The position numbers and the translations under genes were made by a program. The notes beneath the pieces are model-generated. The model saw only the letters and a list, made by a program, of their open reading frames with translations. It ran no database searches and was not told the DNA's origin. Of a stretch of 64,000 nucleotides of DNA, positions 40,915 through 51,210 are shown in pieces; within the stretch, counting starts at the first letter, position 1, and each line of letters begins with the position of its first letter. The DNA is taken from positions 576,001 through 640,000 of the forward strand of contig CAVTBR010000003.1 in the NCBI GenBank assembly GCA_963733055.1, in the 5' to 3' direction. This DNA comes from Candidatus Bathyarchaeota archaeon (lineage in GTDB: Archaea; Thermoproteota; Bathyarchaeia; 40CM-2-53-6).

Positions 40915-42453
40915 TCATCCCAGAGATCCTATAGCCTTCTCCACTTCCGTAAGGATCTCGCATGATTTCACTAGCTCTTTCATCTTATTGTGATCGGGAT
41001 AAAGAGGCCGGTCGGCGTCGAGATACTCGACGTACTTACGAATCACGCTATGAGCAATTCGTGTTCCCTTTCCGAATTCATATGGTTTGTCGTATTTTCT
41101 ACGTAAGTCAAGGGCTTGAGCGGCGGCCATGTATTCAATTCCCAAAATACCATAGGCATCGTCGAGTATCTGGAAATTCTTCAGAGCAGTGTTTAGCCCC
41201 ATGGAAACAAAATCCTCTTGGTCCGCTGCAGCTGGAATGGACTGTATAGAAGCGGGCATGCACAGGATTCGCTGTTCCGCGATCTGCATGTCAGCCGTGT
41301 ATTGGCTTAGCATTAACCCCGAGAACATGCCAGCGCCCTTACTCAGGAATGGGGGAAGGCCGACGCTAAGTGCAGGGTTATTCAGGCGGTTCATACGGCG
41401 TTCCGACAGCACGCACACCATAGTTACCGCAACGCCAATCAAATCCATGGGCAGAGAAACGGGCGAGCCCTGAAAATTAGCGCCCGATACAACCAGGTTT
41501 TTCTCCGGGAAGAAGATTGGATTATCCCCTACACCATTTAGTTCGGTCTCCACTTGCGCTCTTGCAAAAGCAAGTGCGTCATGTGCTGCCCCAATTACTT
41601 GTGGGGTGGAACGCATCGAATAGGCATCCTGCACTTTCACCTTCAAGCGTCCTTCAGAGAGGTCTCCGCCGGCTGTGACGTTGCGGATTGATTTCGCGCT
41701 GCGCACGCCACCGGAGAATCCGCGCGCCTCAAGAATCGATTCATGGTACGGATGGAGGTTGGCTTTCAGCGCCTCCAGGGACATGGCGCAGGCAATTTCA
41801 GCCTGTTTGAGCCAGTTGTTAGTGTCATACACCATCAGGGCAGACATGGCCGTAAGCACATTGGAACCATTGATAACCGCGAGCCCATCACGCGCCTCAA
41901 GCCCGGGGATGGAAATACCAGCGCGCTTCATCGCTTCATTTCCGTTCAGAAATTCACCCTTGTAATAGGCGTGGCCTTCACCCATCATTAGTAAGGCGAT
42001 CTGCGCCATAGGTGCCAAGTCACCGGACGCACCAACCGATCCTTTCGTGCACACGTAAGGTGTGACTTCTTTGTTCAGCATTTCAACTAAAGTCTGACTA
42101 ATCGCGAGGCGGCAACCAGAATTTCCGTGGGCGTGTACATTGATGCGTCCCAGCATAGCGGCACGGACCCAATCAAGGGGCATAGGCTCCCCGATGCCCG
42201 CAGCGTGATTGTAAATCAGATACCTCTGGAACTCTTTTACTTGATCATCGTTGAGCACTATCTCCGAAAATTCGCCAATACCGGTATTGATGCCATACAT
42301 GATTTCATGAGCCTCAACCTTCTTTTCAAGCATCACGCGGCACGCATTGATTTTCCTAATTGAATCGGGATGAAGCTCAACTTTTTCACTACGACGTGCA
42401 ACGTGTACAACGTCTTCAATTGTCAGTCCTGAACCTGTTAGAACCACAGTCAA
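40915..42453 (-). CDS. MIO-dependent aromatic amino acid ammonia-lyase (HutH-like)
   Basis: YGINTG, GSVGASGDLAP, QDAYSMR, QEDFVSMG. Confidence 0.9.
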   Translation of the reverse strand: MTVVLTGSGLTIEDVVHVARRSEKVELHPDSIRKINACRVMLEKKVEAHEIMYGINTGIGEFSEIVLNDDQVKEFQRYLIYNHAAGIGEPMPLDWVRAAMLGRINVHAHGNSGCRLAISQTLVEMLNKEVTPYVCTKGSVGASGDLAPMAQIALLMMGEGHAYYKGEFLNGNEAMKRAGISIPGLEARDGLAVINGSNVLTAMSALMVYDTNNWLKQAEIACAMSLEALKANLHPYHESILEARGFSGGVRSAKSIRNVTAGGDLSEGRLKVKVQDAYSMRSTPQVIGAAHDALAFARAQVETELNGVGDNPIFFPEKNLVVSGANFQGSPVSLPMDLIGVAVTMVCVLSERRMNRLNNPALSVGLPPFLSKGAGMFSGLMLSQYTADMQIAEQRILCMPASIQSIPAAADQEDFVSMGLNTALKNFQILDDAYGILGIEYMAAAQALDLRRKYDKPYEFGKGTRIAHSVIRKYVEYLDADRPLYPDHNKMKELVKSCEILTEVEKAIGSLG

Positions 42454-42760
42454 ATTCTATCTCTCATTTTCACGGATTGATTTGTTATGAATATTCCAGA
42501 GCATCCGTCTTCATCTCATGTATCTCTCGATCAAGTGCGGTTGATTACGAAGCCTACGTTTGAAGGTGTGGGTCAGATTCCACGTGTCTCGCTGAAACGC
42601 TGTAGAAAATCTCTTGTGCAATCATCTCAGTAACTATGACGAGTCTTTGATTGGTTGTCAGAGTTTTGCGAGGGAATTTATATACAGGTTGTAACGTAGC
42701 ACGCGGAAATCCCGCGGTTCAATAGGTACCTCAGCCTAGCGCTTAGAAGGCATAAACTGC

Positions 42761-45373
42761 TTGAGCTCACGGAAAGAAAGGCGCTGGCTCTTTTTGAGTC
42801 TCTTACTGGCGGTAGTGTTATTCTCGGTCTTCGCCCAATCAGTCGGGGCGATCTACTTTTTCGATGACAAGATCACGCTAGACCAAAAGGCGAATCCTGC
42901 GCTCCGAGTTTTCTTACATGACAAAGCCGTCGGCGGCGTGAGAGAGGTTAACGTATTGGTCGTGTTCTCTTCCATTCCATCGTCGAACGACCTTGCCATG
43001 CTGGCCTCCCTAGGCACGTTGCGAACCTTCACCGGTCATGTCGCTACGGTGAATACGCAAATCAACTTGCTAACAAAAATTGCGAGCTTACACTTCGTGT
43101 CTCAAGTTGCAATGCCGAGAACAATGAAAGCTAATCTCGATGCTAGCGTCCCCGAGATCCTTGCGGATCGAGTTTGGAATACCGCAATGTACCCAGGCAT
43201 CCGTGATTCGAACGGAAATGAAGTGAACGGGTCGGGTGTGATAATCGGTATCGCCGATAGCGGAATAGACTACTTGCACCCCGACCTCTATTTTCCAAAT
43301 GGAACCAACAAAATCCTCTACATTTGGGACCAAACATCGACCGGAAAGTCGCCCGACGGTTACCCTTATGGGAATGAGTGCGGACCAAGCGACATTCAAT
43401 CGAAAGCCTGTACGGAATTTGATGACGGAGGAGCCTCACTTACTACTGGCCATGGCACAGCAGTGGCAGCAGTAGCCGCGAGCAGCGGGCAGGCATCTCA
43501 TCGATACTATGGAGTGGCACCAGGCGCCTCTATAATTGCAGTGAAGTTGATTGACGGGTCGGAGAACTACGTCATAGATGCAATGCAATATATGATAACT
43601 AAAGCTCATCAGCTCAATAGACCCTTGGTGATTGTTCACAGCCTAGGAGACTCGCTGGGATCACATGATGGAACAGAGCCACTGGAATTAGCTTTTACCG
43701 ACTTTGTCTCCGAGGGCGTTCCGATCGTTGTTGCGAGCGGTAACGATGGCGGCTCGAATTTGCACGTGAGCGGAATTCTGTCTCCTGGTGAAACTGTTCA
43801 TGTTCCATGGTCTATGGCCGCCGGTGCGGACACGAATCAAATCGACTTGTGGTACCCAGTTGCAACTTCAGTCGCGATTTCTGTAGTAACCCCGTCGGGT
43901 GAGGTAGTTACAGGTCCCACCGGCGATATTAGTGCCCAAACTGCGGACGGTACCGTCAGCATCCTCGCCGATATGCGACCGAGTGGCCGAGAGTGGTGGA
44001 TCAACGTTACTGCAAATATGGCTGGCTCTCAAGCCAAGGGCATCTGGTCTTTCGTTCTGACATCACAATCCGGTGCGCAAGGGAAGTGGGACGCGTGGAC
44101 GGAACCGGGGCAATTTGTGGGAAGCAATGAGACCGAAATGCAGCTGTATTCGATCGACCGATCAGATACCATCGACGCCCCGGGAACGGCGAAAGGAGTC
44201 ATAACCGTAGGCGCATACATGTCGAAGTACAGTTGGTGGGCTCAGTGTACTACTTGTGTCCAATGGGCGCAAGAGAATGGTTACAAGGGATATTGGTGGA
44301 CACCAAGTTATGCGCCGGGAGAAACTCAACTACTATACACCAATACTTCTACCGGCATTGTCAGAACTGTCTTGATTGGAGGGCCTGGAGTGGGCCAGTT
44401 ACTCTATTTCAGCAGCGCAGGCCCTACTCGAGACGGCAGGATGAAACCTGACGTAAATGCCCCAGGGGCGAACATCGCCGCCGCTAGAGCATCGACTGCT
44501 CCCCAACGCCACTCTGATCCTGATAACTATCATCAAGTATGGGTAGGAACGTCTTTCGCAGCGCCGCACGTTGCAGGAACCATAGCGTTGATGCTTCAAA
44601 TGAATCCGTACCTAAGCCCTAGCGAAATAACCAGTATACTGAAAGCAGATGCGAGGCAGGACAATTTCACAGGCACCATTAACCGATCCATAGGTTCACC
44701 ACTTTGGGGGTGGGGAAAGGTTAACGCATTTAGTTCAACTCTCGACGCTCCGAAACTTTACTCGGTTATGATTCAGGTCGCCGGAATTGGCCAACCCCTG
44801 AGCGCAGATTTGACTCTCGACGGGGCGTTCGTGGAAAGAATTTCGATCAACCAGACTACAACGGTAACTCTAGAGTTTACTCGTGGTGGAAACCACATGG
44901 TTGAGCTTACCCCAATCATTGCAGTTGAACCAGGAACGAGGTATGTGTTATTTGGCTCCCCGTGGACTTTTTCATCGGGCGGAATACGGAACTACACGTA
45001 TCAAGAACAGTACTATTTGCAGGTCAATTCTGAATACGGGTACGCGAGCGGAACCGGCTGGTATAAAGCGAATACTACGGCGGCTGCGAGCATTACACCT
45101 ACGATCGTGCAGGGTCATCAATTCCAAGGATGGATTGGTTCGGTTGTCTCGAGTTCGCCGAGAGTCACCATAACAATGGATTCAAGCAAGAATTTAGTGG
45201 CGACCTGGAGCCAGGGCGTGAACGGCAATGATCCGACACTCTTGTGGGCGAGCGTCGTGATCGCAATAGTTGCCATCGCCGTAACTGTGATGATAAAGCT
45301 AAGGCGAGAAAAAGCGAGAAAGAATCAACCTCACGGAACTAGCCTAGTCAATTCTCGTCCAAATTACTCGTAG
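42761..45373 (+). CDS. Membrane-anchored S8 subtilase with internal insertion domain
   Basis: DSGID, HGTAVA, GTSFAAPHVAG triad; C-terminal QYYL..GWY repeat and TM. Confidence 0.9.
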   Translation: MSSRKERRWLFLSLLLAVVLFSVFAQSVGAIYFFDDKITLDQKANPALRVFLHDKAVGGVREVNVLVVFSSIPSSNDLAMLASLGTLRTFTGHVATVNTQINLLTKIASLHFVSQVAMPRTMKANLDASVPEILADRVWNTAMYPGIRDSNGNEVNGSGVIIGIADSGIDYLHPDLYFPNGTNKILYIWDQTSTGKSPDGYPYGNECGPSDIQSKACTEFDDGGASLTTGHGTAVAAVAASSGQASHRYYGVAPGASIIAVKLIDGSENYVIDAMQYMITKAHQLNRPLVIVHSLGDSLGSHDGTEPLELAFTDFVSEGVPIVVASGNDGGSNLHVSGILSPGETVHVPWSMAAGADTNQIDLWYPVATSVAISVVTPSGEVVTGPTGDISAQTADGTVSILADMRPSGREWWINVTANMAGSQAKGIWSFVLTSQSGAQGKWDAWTEPGQFVGSNETEMQLYSIDRSDTIDAPGTAKGVITVGAYMSKYSWWAQCTTCVQWAQENGYKGYWWTPSYAPGETQLLYTNTSTGIVRTVLIGGPGVGQLLYFSSAGPTRDGRMKPDVNAPGANIAAARASTAPQRHSDPDNYHQVWVGTSFAAPHVAGTIALMLQMNPYLSPSEITSILKADARQDNFTGTINRSIGSPLWGWGKVNAFSSTLDAPKLYSVMIQVAGIGQPLSADLTLDGAFVERISINQTTTVTLEFTRGGNHMVELTPIIAVEPGTRYVLFGSPWTFSSGGIRNYTYQEQYYLQVNSEYGYASGTGWYKANTTAAASITPTIVQGHQFQGWIGSVVSSSPRVTITMDSSKNLVATWSQGVNGNDPTLLWASVVIAIVAIAVTVMIKLRREKARKNQPHGTSLVNSRPNYS

Positions 45374-45903
45374 TCCACTTCATCCTGCTCGATCGCTTCA
45401 GCATGTTCGCTCACACCCTTTCGCAGCTTAACGGCCACACCCCGTCTGAAAGCTGCCATATCTCTCCCACTCAAGACAGCAGATCCAACACCCAGCAACG
45501 ATCCGTCTTCATCAGTTACAATTACTTCCTCCCCCGGCCTCAAATCGTGGTTGGCGCGGGCAACGTGTTTTGAGAAAACATCCCCACCTGCCTTGATAGC
45601 GTCGGACACGTCCGTTTGCACGACGACGAGACTTGATGGAATGTTAACTCTGGACAGAATGATACTTGCGCCGTGTAGTGTAAGTGCTAAGTATCCGTCT
45701 TTCGGCCTAAGCGTCGCAATCAACCGGTTCCGACTGTAGATGTGTCTGATTCGCCCAGTTTTCCTTGAGCATTCAAGCAGTAGCTTTCCACTGAATAGAA
45801 TCGAGCCAAGTCCTTGACCGAATTGGTAGTTTCCAATGCCGACAAGTTTGCGAAGTTGTGAGCTTGAAGGCCGTTTCATGGGCGTCACACCATTCTCGTT
45901 CAA
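45364..45903 (-). CDS. PUA-domain protein (archaeosine TGT C-terminal-like)
   Basis: YQFG, TGRIRHI, VFSKHV, LRPGEEV, GVAVKLR. Confidence 0.85.
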   Translation of the reverse strand: MNENGVTPMKRPSSSQLRKLVGIGNYQFGQGLGSILFSGKLLLECSRKTGRIRHIYSRNRLIATLRPKDGYLALTLHGASIILSRVNIPSSLVVVQTDVSDAIKAGGDVFSKHVARANHDLRPGEEVIVTDEDGSLLGVGSAVLSGRDMAAFRRGVAVKLRKGVSEHAEAIEQDEVDYE

Positions 45904-45952
45904 GAAACCAATTTAAGCTTCCACTCGCGGAGAACGAGCGGGGAAGGGCGGA

Positions 45953-46462
45953 TTGAATTGTGATATATGCGGTAGAGAGATCGTAGGGCCAGCCTTCAAA
46001 GTCAAGGTAGAAGGCGCCAAGATGCTTGCATGCCGAAACTGTCAACATCTCGGCGAACCCTACCAAGAAGATCCCGTCCTCCAGCAACCCCGACCTCGAA
46101 CCGGGGTAGTTCGATTGTCAAGGATTCCCGTAAGAAGACCCGCCGAGCTACCGAAAGAGATTCAGGAGTTAGATATTGCCGAAGATTTCGCGGACATAAT
46201 TCGAAAACGACGAATGAAGCTAGGGATGTCCCAGGAAGACCTTGCAAATCGAGTGAAGACAAAACTATCCATCATTCAGCACATTGAAAACGGCAAGATA
46301 GCTCCCGAGACTCGGTTGTGCAGAGTGCTTCAACATGAACTGAAAATCAAACTCTTGGTGCCTCACAGTGAAGCACCCGCGCCCAAGACGGCTGCTCCAA
46401 ACGAAATTACGTTAGGAGACATCATCAAAATAAGGGGCAAACCCGACGAAGAAGCGCACTAA
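45953..46462 (+). CDS. mbf1: Archaeal multiprotein-bridging factor aMBF1
   Basis: N-terminal CDICG..CRNC ribbon, HTH, TLGD. Confidence 0.92.
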   Translation: MNCDICGREIVGPAFKVKVEGAKMLACRNCQHLGEPYQEDPVLQQPRPRTGVVRLSRIPVRRPAELPKEIQELDIAEDFADIIRKRRMKLGMSQEDLANRVKTKLSIIQHIENGKIAPETRLCRVLQHELKIKLLVPHSEAPAPKTAAPNEITLGDIIKIRGKPDEEAH

Positions 46463-46986
46463 TCTACAGTTACATTCTTTCCGTGCTCAGACGGGATTAT
46501 TCTAATTTCGTATTCGGGAAAATTGTGCTCCAGACGTTTATGTTTGAAAAGCCAATCGAGGAAAATGCCTAACGCGCTAACCTCGCTGATAGGCTGATTA
46601 GTTACGGCGACGTTCCAATCTGCAAGTCCGAACAGTTCCCCAGGCACTTTCTCGGCTCCGACGACAACTAACTTGTCTCCCGGCACATCCCGAATTCCGT
46701 TAATGACTTTGGGCAATGGCATGCCGTATGCTGTTAGATGGATTACTTTCCCGCCGGCGCGTTTCCAATCCATTAGTGTAGATCGCCAGGGTTTTCCTGC
46801 CTCTACCTCGAATTCTCCTCCAAACCTCTCCGATACGCGCTTTACGGTGTCAACAAGCTCTCTATCTTGCACGTCGGAAATGTAGACACCATTGGCACCG
46901 AGCGCACGTGCGGTTAGGCAAACGTGTGTAGTTATGCGCTCATCTCTTGGAATCCTGTGGCCGATTCGGAGCACCATGACCCTCAT
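46459..46986 (-). CDS. trm56: tRNA C56 2'-O-methyltransferase
   Basis: LRIGHR..RDERITTHV.LTARA, VGAEKVP, NQPISEV. Confidence 0.93.
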   Translation of the reverse strand: MRVMVLRIGHRIPRDERITTHVCLTARALGANGVYISDVQDRELVDTVKRVSERFGGEFEVEAGKPWRSTLMDWKRAGGKVIHLTAYGMPLPKVINGIRDVPGDKLVVVGAEKVPGELFGLADWNVAVTNQPISEVSALGIFLDWLFKHKRLEHNFPEYEIRIIPSEHGKNVTVD

Positions 46987-47023
46987 GATCTCGGTGCCCC
47001 TTAGGTTCGCTCTCGGAAGCAGA

Positions 47024-47212
47024 CTAGCGAGTCTTAACTATGAGGTACATTCCGAGAAAGAAAATTACGGTTCCAAGTAGCTCGATTATGCCCACTCTGA
47101 AGTAGGTCGCAGCGGGCGTTCCACCTTCAGTTACCGAAGTTGAGCCGGCTATATCCATCATAGCCCCTAGAAAGAATAATAGAAACCCTAAGGTCCCGAC
47201 AGTTTCCTTCAT
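47024..47212 (-). CDS. Small two-TM membrane protein
   Basis: 62 aa with two hydrophobic helices; fills the intergenic gap. Confidence 0.6.
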   Translation of the reverse strand: MKETVGTLGFLLFFLGAMMDIAGSTSVTEGGTPAATYFRVGIIELLGTVIFFLGMYLIVKTR

Positions 47213-47356
47213 TTTCTGCGGCCCGCGAACGCTAAACCAAACCGGTTCGTATAAAAGAGTTACTTACCGCAATAGACTTCGCTGAGTCTCCAACAAAGAG
47301 TTAATGTGAAGTAAAACGTCTAGAAGATACGAAGAACAACCGGGCGGCACACAGAT

Positions 47357-47863
47357 TTGTCAGTCCTAGACGAGGAACTCATTAAGATCGCAAACCTATT
47401 CGGTGGAGACGAAGCGGTCACTGTCGTCAAGAGCCTCAAGAAACTCGGCGAAGGAACCGACGAAATCATAGCGAATGATTGCGCTATAAGATTGAATACT
47501 GTTCGCAAAGTGCTCTACAAACTCTACGACCACGGCCTTGTCTCCTGCACCAGAGTGAGAGATGAGAAGACAGGGTGGTTCATCTTCTATTGGAGACTCC
47601 AACCCGACCAACTCGATGCGTTCATTCGGAGCCGCAAGAAACGTGCCCTGGACAAACTGAAAACAAGACTTGACTTCGAACGTAACCACACATTCTTCGT
47701 ATGCAAGACGGACGTCGATGTGCGAGTGACTTTCGAAGAGGCAATGGAAAGCTCATTCAAGTGCGGCAAGTGCGGAAACCAACTCGACAGTTCCGAGAAC
47801 GCGGAGATGGTTTCAATCCTCGAATCCAAGATCGAGAGACTGGAGGCCGAACTCAGCCGTTGA
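47357..47863 (+). CDS. tfe: Transcription factor E alpha
   Basis: TDEIIA, VRKVLYKL, GWFIFYW, FEEAME..FKCGKCG. Confidence 0.95.
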   Translation: MSVLDEELIKIANLFGGDEAVTVVKSLKKLGEGTDEIIANDCAIRLNTVRKVLYKLYDHGLVSCTRVRDEKTGWFIFYWRLQPDQLDAFIRSRKKRALDKLKTRLDFERNHTFFVCKTDVDVRVTFEEAMESSFKCGKCGNQLDSSENAEMVSILESKIERLEAELSR

Positions 47864-47878
47864 GAAAGGCTGAGAGGA

Positions 47879-48640
47879 ATGAAGATAACTATCCTTGAAC
47901 GACCAAGCGAAATCACAGCCCGAAATTTCAAACCAAGATTAGAGAAAGCGCTCAACGAACTCAAGAGTGGACTTAAGGCCACAACGACTTTAGATGGCTT
48001 TTCTCCCAACGGATGGACTCGCGTCGGAATCATCGGGGAAGACAGCGAGATCCTGACAGCGCTGATTGGGAAGAAATTCGGATTGGCCCATACGGACTTA
48101 CGAGAAATCGATGTCGCCGACGTTTACGAGGCAATAATCACCGGCGTAACCCCCGGAGGACTGGAGTTTGACGTCGGTTTGGAGAGGGGAGGTCACTGCA
48201 AGTGCTCGGTCCCAGTCAACCACTTGATCGCTCAGTTAGCTGACGGCAAGAACATTCCATGTCGAGAGATTGCTAATGATTATTGCCTCCTGCCCGGAGT
48301 ACGGCTTTCAGTGCGAGTCACGAGAAAGACCGATAACGAAATCGAGGCTTGGTTGTCAGACTCACAAATAGAACGACTGGGAGGATGGATTACATTCGGC
48401 TTGGATCGGATAGAAGTATTCGAGTGCTTTGAGCAGGAGGTAGACGCTGCGATTCTTACGGCACATCTGTCGCGAGATATTATCTCAACTGACCAGATCA
48501 CTTTAACGGTGCAATCAATCGAGTGCAAGCTCGGAACCGACGCAGTAGGGCTCATTCCGAAACTCGGCTCCGTTCTCAAGAAACAAGAGCTTCAACCGTT
48601 CATTCCTAGAAGAATCGTAGCTCGATGTCGCCCTTGGTGA
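47879..48640 (+). CDS. DUF2110 family protein
   Basis: Follows tfe; GED-E, CKLGTDAVGLI. Confidence 0.75.
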   Translation: MKITILERPSEITARNFKPRLEKALNELKSGLKATTTLDGFSPNGWTRVGIIGEDSEILTALIGKKFGLAHTDLREIDVADVYEAIITGVTPGGLEFDVGLERGGHCKCSVPVNHLIAQLADGKNIPCREIANDYCLLPGVRLSVRVTRKTDNEIEAWLSDSQIERLGGWITFGLDRIEVFECFEQEVDAAILTAHLSRDIISTDQITLTVQSIECKLGTDAVGLIPKLGSVLKKQELQPFIPRRIVARCRPW

Positions 48641-49425
48641 CAAAACGATATAATTTGTCAAACTGCAGAATACTCACGGTAAGCTATGACTCATGCTTTA
48701 CGAACCTCGCTCTGGAGGAAGCACTCGCCCGCACTAACAGTTCCCAAGATTCACAACACCCGACCACCATAAGATTCTGGAGGAACCCGAACTCGGTGGT
48801 CCTCGGACGATTTCAAGAAGCGGCATCAGAGGTTGATCTTGGGGCATGCAACTTAAACCAAGTGCAAGTTGCTCGCAGGTTCACGGGAGGGGGCGCGGTC
48901 TTTCACGATGAAGGGACACTAAACTTCACCATCCTGAAGAGGCGCTCGGAAAACACATCCGCGCTGCAATTTTGGGATGAAAATCTGAGACTTGTTGCGG
49001 AGGCTCTGGGTAATCTCGGGTTGGACTGCGCGATCTCCGCTCCGAACTCGATTCTGACTGACGGCAGAAAATTATGTGGTGCTGCAGGAGCGCTGGTGGA
49101 GAAATCCGTTTTGTGGCATTGCTCGATAATGGTGACGACAAATACGCGATTATTGGAACTGGTTCTTGGTCCCAGCAAGGCGCGAGCCGCGACTCGATTC
49201 GTTCACAGCAAGTGGAGCCCGGTTACAACAGTAAGCAACGCCCTGTCCAAGTCTGTTGACATTCATGAGGTAGAGCGTAGCTTGAGGGCGGTAGCTCAGG
49301 ACGAGCTTAGCGTGAACTTGAGGACAGGTTCATTGTCGGTGGAAGAGGAGGAGTGCTCAAAGACATTGCTCGCTGGAAGGTACTCAACCGACGAATGGAA
49401 CCTTTACGGAAACAGACGAGTTTAG
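48625..49425 (+). CDS. Lipoate-protein ligase A catalytic domain
   Basis: NLALEEAL, RRFTGGGAVFHD, KLCG. Confidence 0.88.
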   Translation: MSPLVTKRYNLSNCRILTVSYDSCFTNLALEEALARTNSSQDSQHPTTIRFWRNPNSVVLGRFQEAASEVDLGACNLNQVQVARRFTGGGAVFHDEGTLNFTILKRRSENTSALQFWDENLRLVAEALGNLGLDCAISAPNSILTDGRKLCGAAGALVEKSVLWHCSIMVTTNTRLLELVLGPSKARAATRFVHSKWSPVTTVSNALSKSVDIHEVERSLRAVAQDELSVNLRTGSLSVEEEECSKTLLAGRYSTDEWNLYGNRRV

Positions 49426-49452
49426 AACGGCAGAAAGAAGGCGTTGAGTGAA

Positions 49453-49683
49453 TCACACAACGATTGCAGTGTGAGTTCGCTCGACGCCCTTAACGGATTG
49501 TATCTTCTTGATCACGAGCTCAGACAGGGTAGTCATGTCGTGCATTTCTAGATAGGCAATGACATCGTACACGCCTGTGACGGCGAACACCATTTTCACG
49601 CCCTTAACTTTCTCGATGGCTCTGGATACCGAACGAGACCGTCCAAGCTGCGCCTGAACCAACACGAACGCCTTTACCACCAC
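49453..49683 (-). CDS. Stand-alone Lrp/AsnC RAM domain
   Basis: KAFVLV...VTGVYDVIA...VERTHT. Confidence 0.85.
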   Translation of the reverse strand: MVVKAFVLVQAQLGRSRSVSRAIEKVKGVKMVFAVTGVYDVIAYLEMHDMTTLSELVIKKIQSVKGVERTHTAIVV

Positions 49684-49825
49684 AAAAGTCACCTGTTTAC
49701 CTAATTTCGAGTAGGGGGTACTTAAAAGGAAATTGAGCCACACAGACACACGTCTAGCGGCCGTTTCCATCCATCCTGTTTTCGAATCTGAGTAAAGGAA
49801 AAATAGGCATCCCTTCCCCTGCTAG

Positions 49826-51121
49826 TTGATAATAATGGCGAGAGAATACTTACCGAAACTTACAATCGCTATACTCGCACTCAGCATAGCACTAGTTCTT
49901 CTGTCCGCGCACCCAAGCATCGTTGCTGCTTCTCCGACAAGCCCACAGACCTCGTACCCGACATCCAACCCAACGAGTACACATCCTACGTGGTATAATT
50001 CAACTTACGACTGCTACTACGATTCGTACTATTACTACTATTACCCATACTATTCTTGCGATTACTATTCCAACTACTATTATGGCTACCCGTACTATTC
50101 CTACTACTATTACGGTTACCCGTACTATTACTCCAATTATTACGGCTCCAGCTACTATGGAGGCTACAACTACTATTCCAGTCCTTCAAGCTACACTTTG
50201 ACAGTTGCGACAGACCCGTCTAGCCTTGGAACAGTAACCGGCAGCGGTACGTACACGTCAGGAAGCTCGGCGTCGTTCTCCGTAACTCAGAACACCGTTC
50301 AAGTATCGCCCAATACTCGATACGTGTTTTCGCATTGGTCGGGCGACTATTCTGGAGTGGGAAGTAGTGGTACGGTAACTGTGAATGGCGCTACGAAAAT
50401 CACAGCCGTCTACCAACTTCAATATTATCTGACAGTGCAATCACAACCCCAGAATGCACCCACCCCTCAAGGTCAGGGTTGGTTCAATTCAGGCGACACA
50501 GCTTCACTTCAGAGTCCGGGCCAAACAATCGGAGGAGATGGCGGACGCAGACTAGCGTTTCAGGGTTGGTCGGTTGACGGCCAGGGAACCCAATCCGGCT
50601 CATCTCTGAACGTCGTTATGAATGCGCCACACACCGTCACCGCGCTCTACGGCCAACAGTACTACCTGAACGTTCAGTCGGATCAAGGAGTAACTACTGG
50701 AACTGGTTGGTATGACTCCGGCAGCACCGCCCAAATCTACGTTTCAACACCAGTCAGCACATCTTACGGTACCAACATTGTTTTCAACGGCTGGCAGGGA
50801 GACTTCCAATCAAGTAGCCAATCAGCTAGCGTGCTTATGGATGGCCCTAAGAACGTCATCGCCACGTGGAGAACTGACTCAACAGTGCTTTACCTGACGA
50901 TAGGCGCAGTGATCGTCGCAGCCCTGCTAGTACTGGGCGGATTGATCGCATTCTCGGGTAGAGGACGAGGCAACACACAAACGGTCTACCAACAACCAGC
51001 GGCGCAAACGACTAAGAATACTAGCAGCACATCAGCGCATGATCAATCGAACACGACTCATAAGGCCGAACAGCACCGGAAGAAACCCGAGAACGCGGAC
51101 GAAAGCGAGTCCACTTCTTAG
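49826..51121 (+). CDS. Surface protein with Tyr-rich segment, three InlB-B/Flg_new-like repeats and TM anchor
   Basis: Signal peptide, Tyr-rich tract, QYYL-V-S..GWY repeats, C-terminal TM and charged tail. Confidence 0.75.
   Translation: MIIMAREYLPKLTIAILALSIALVLLSAHPSIVAASPTSPQTSYPTSNPTSTHPTWYNSTYDCYYDSYYYYYYPYYSCDYYSNYYYGYPYYSYYYYGYPYYYSNYYGSSYYGGYNYYSSPSSYTLTVATDPSSLGTVTGSGTYTSGSSASFSVTQNTVQVSPNTRYVFSHWSGDYSGVGSSGTVTVNGATKITAVYQLQYYLTVQSQPQNAPTPQGQGWFNSGDTASLQSPGQTIGGDGGRRLAFQGWSVDGQGTQSGSSLNVVMNAPHTVTALYGQQYYLNVQSDQGVTTGTGWYDSGSTAQIYVSTPVSTSYGTNIVFNGWQGDFQSSSQSASVLMDGPKNVIATWRTDSTVLYLTIGAVIVAALLVLGGLIAFSGRGRGNTQTVYQQPAAQTTKNTSSTSAHDQSNTTHKAEQHRKKPENADESESTS
50063..50152 (+). repeat. Three degenerate 30-bp tandem repeats in the Tyr-rich tract
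   Basis: tactattccaactactattatggctacccg / tactattcctactactattacggttacccg / tactattactccaattattacggctccagc. Confidence 0.7.
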
Positions 51122-51127
51122 ATCCAA

Positions 51128-51156
51128 TTTCTCTCCCTTCCCCTTTTTTTCCTTCG
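51128..51156 (+). terminator. Pyrimidine/oligo-T archaeal terminator
   Basis: Pyrimidine tract with a T7 run directly after the stop codon. Confidence 0.55.
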
Positions 51157-51210
51157 TCTCCTAGTGTAACCCCTTTAACTCTCAACCCTTAGCAGGCAAC
51201 CCTTCGAGGG

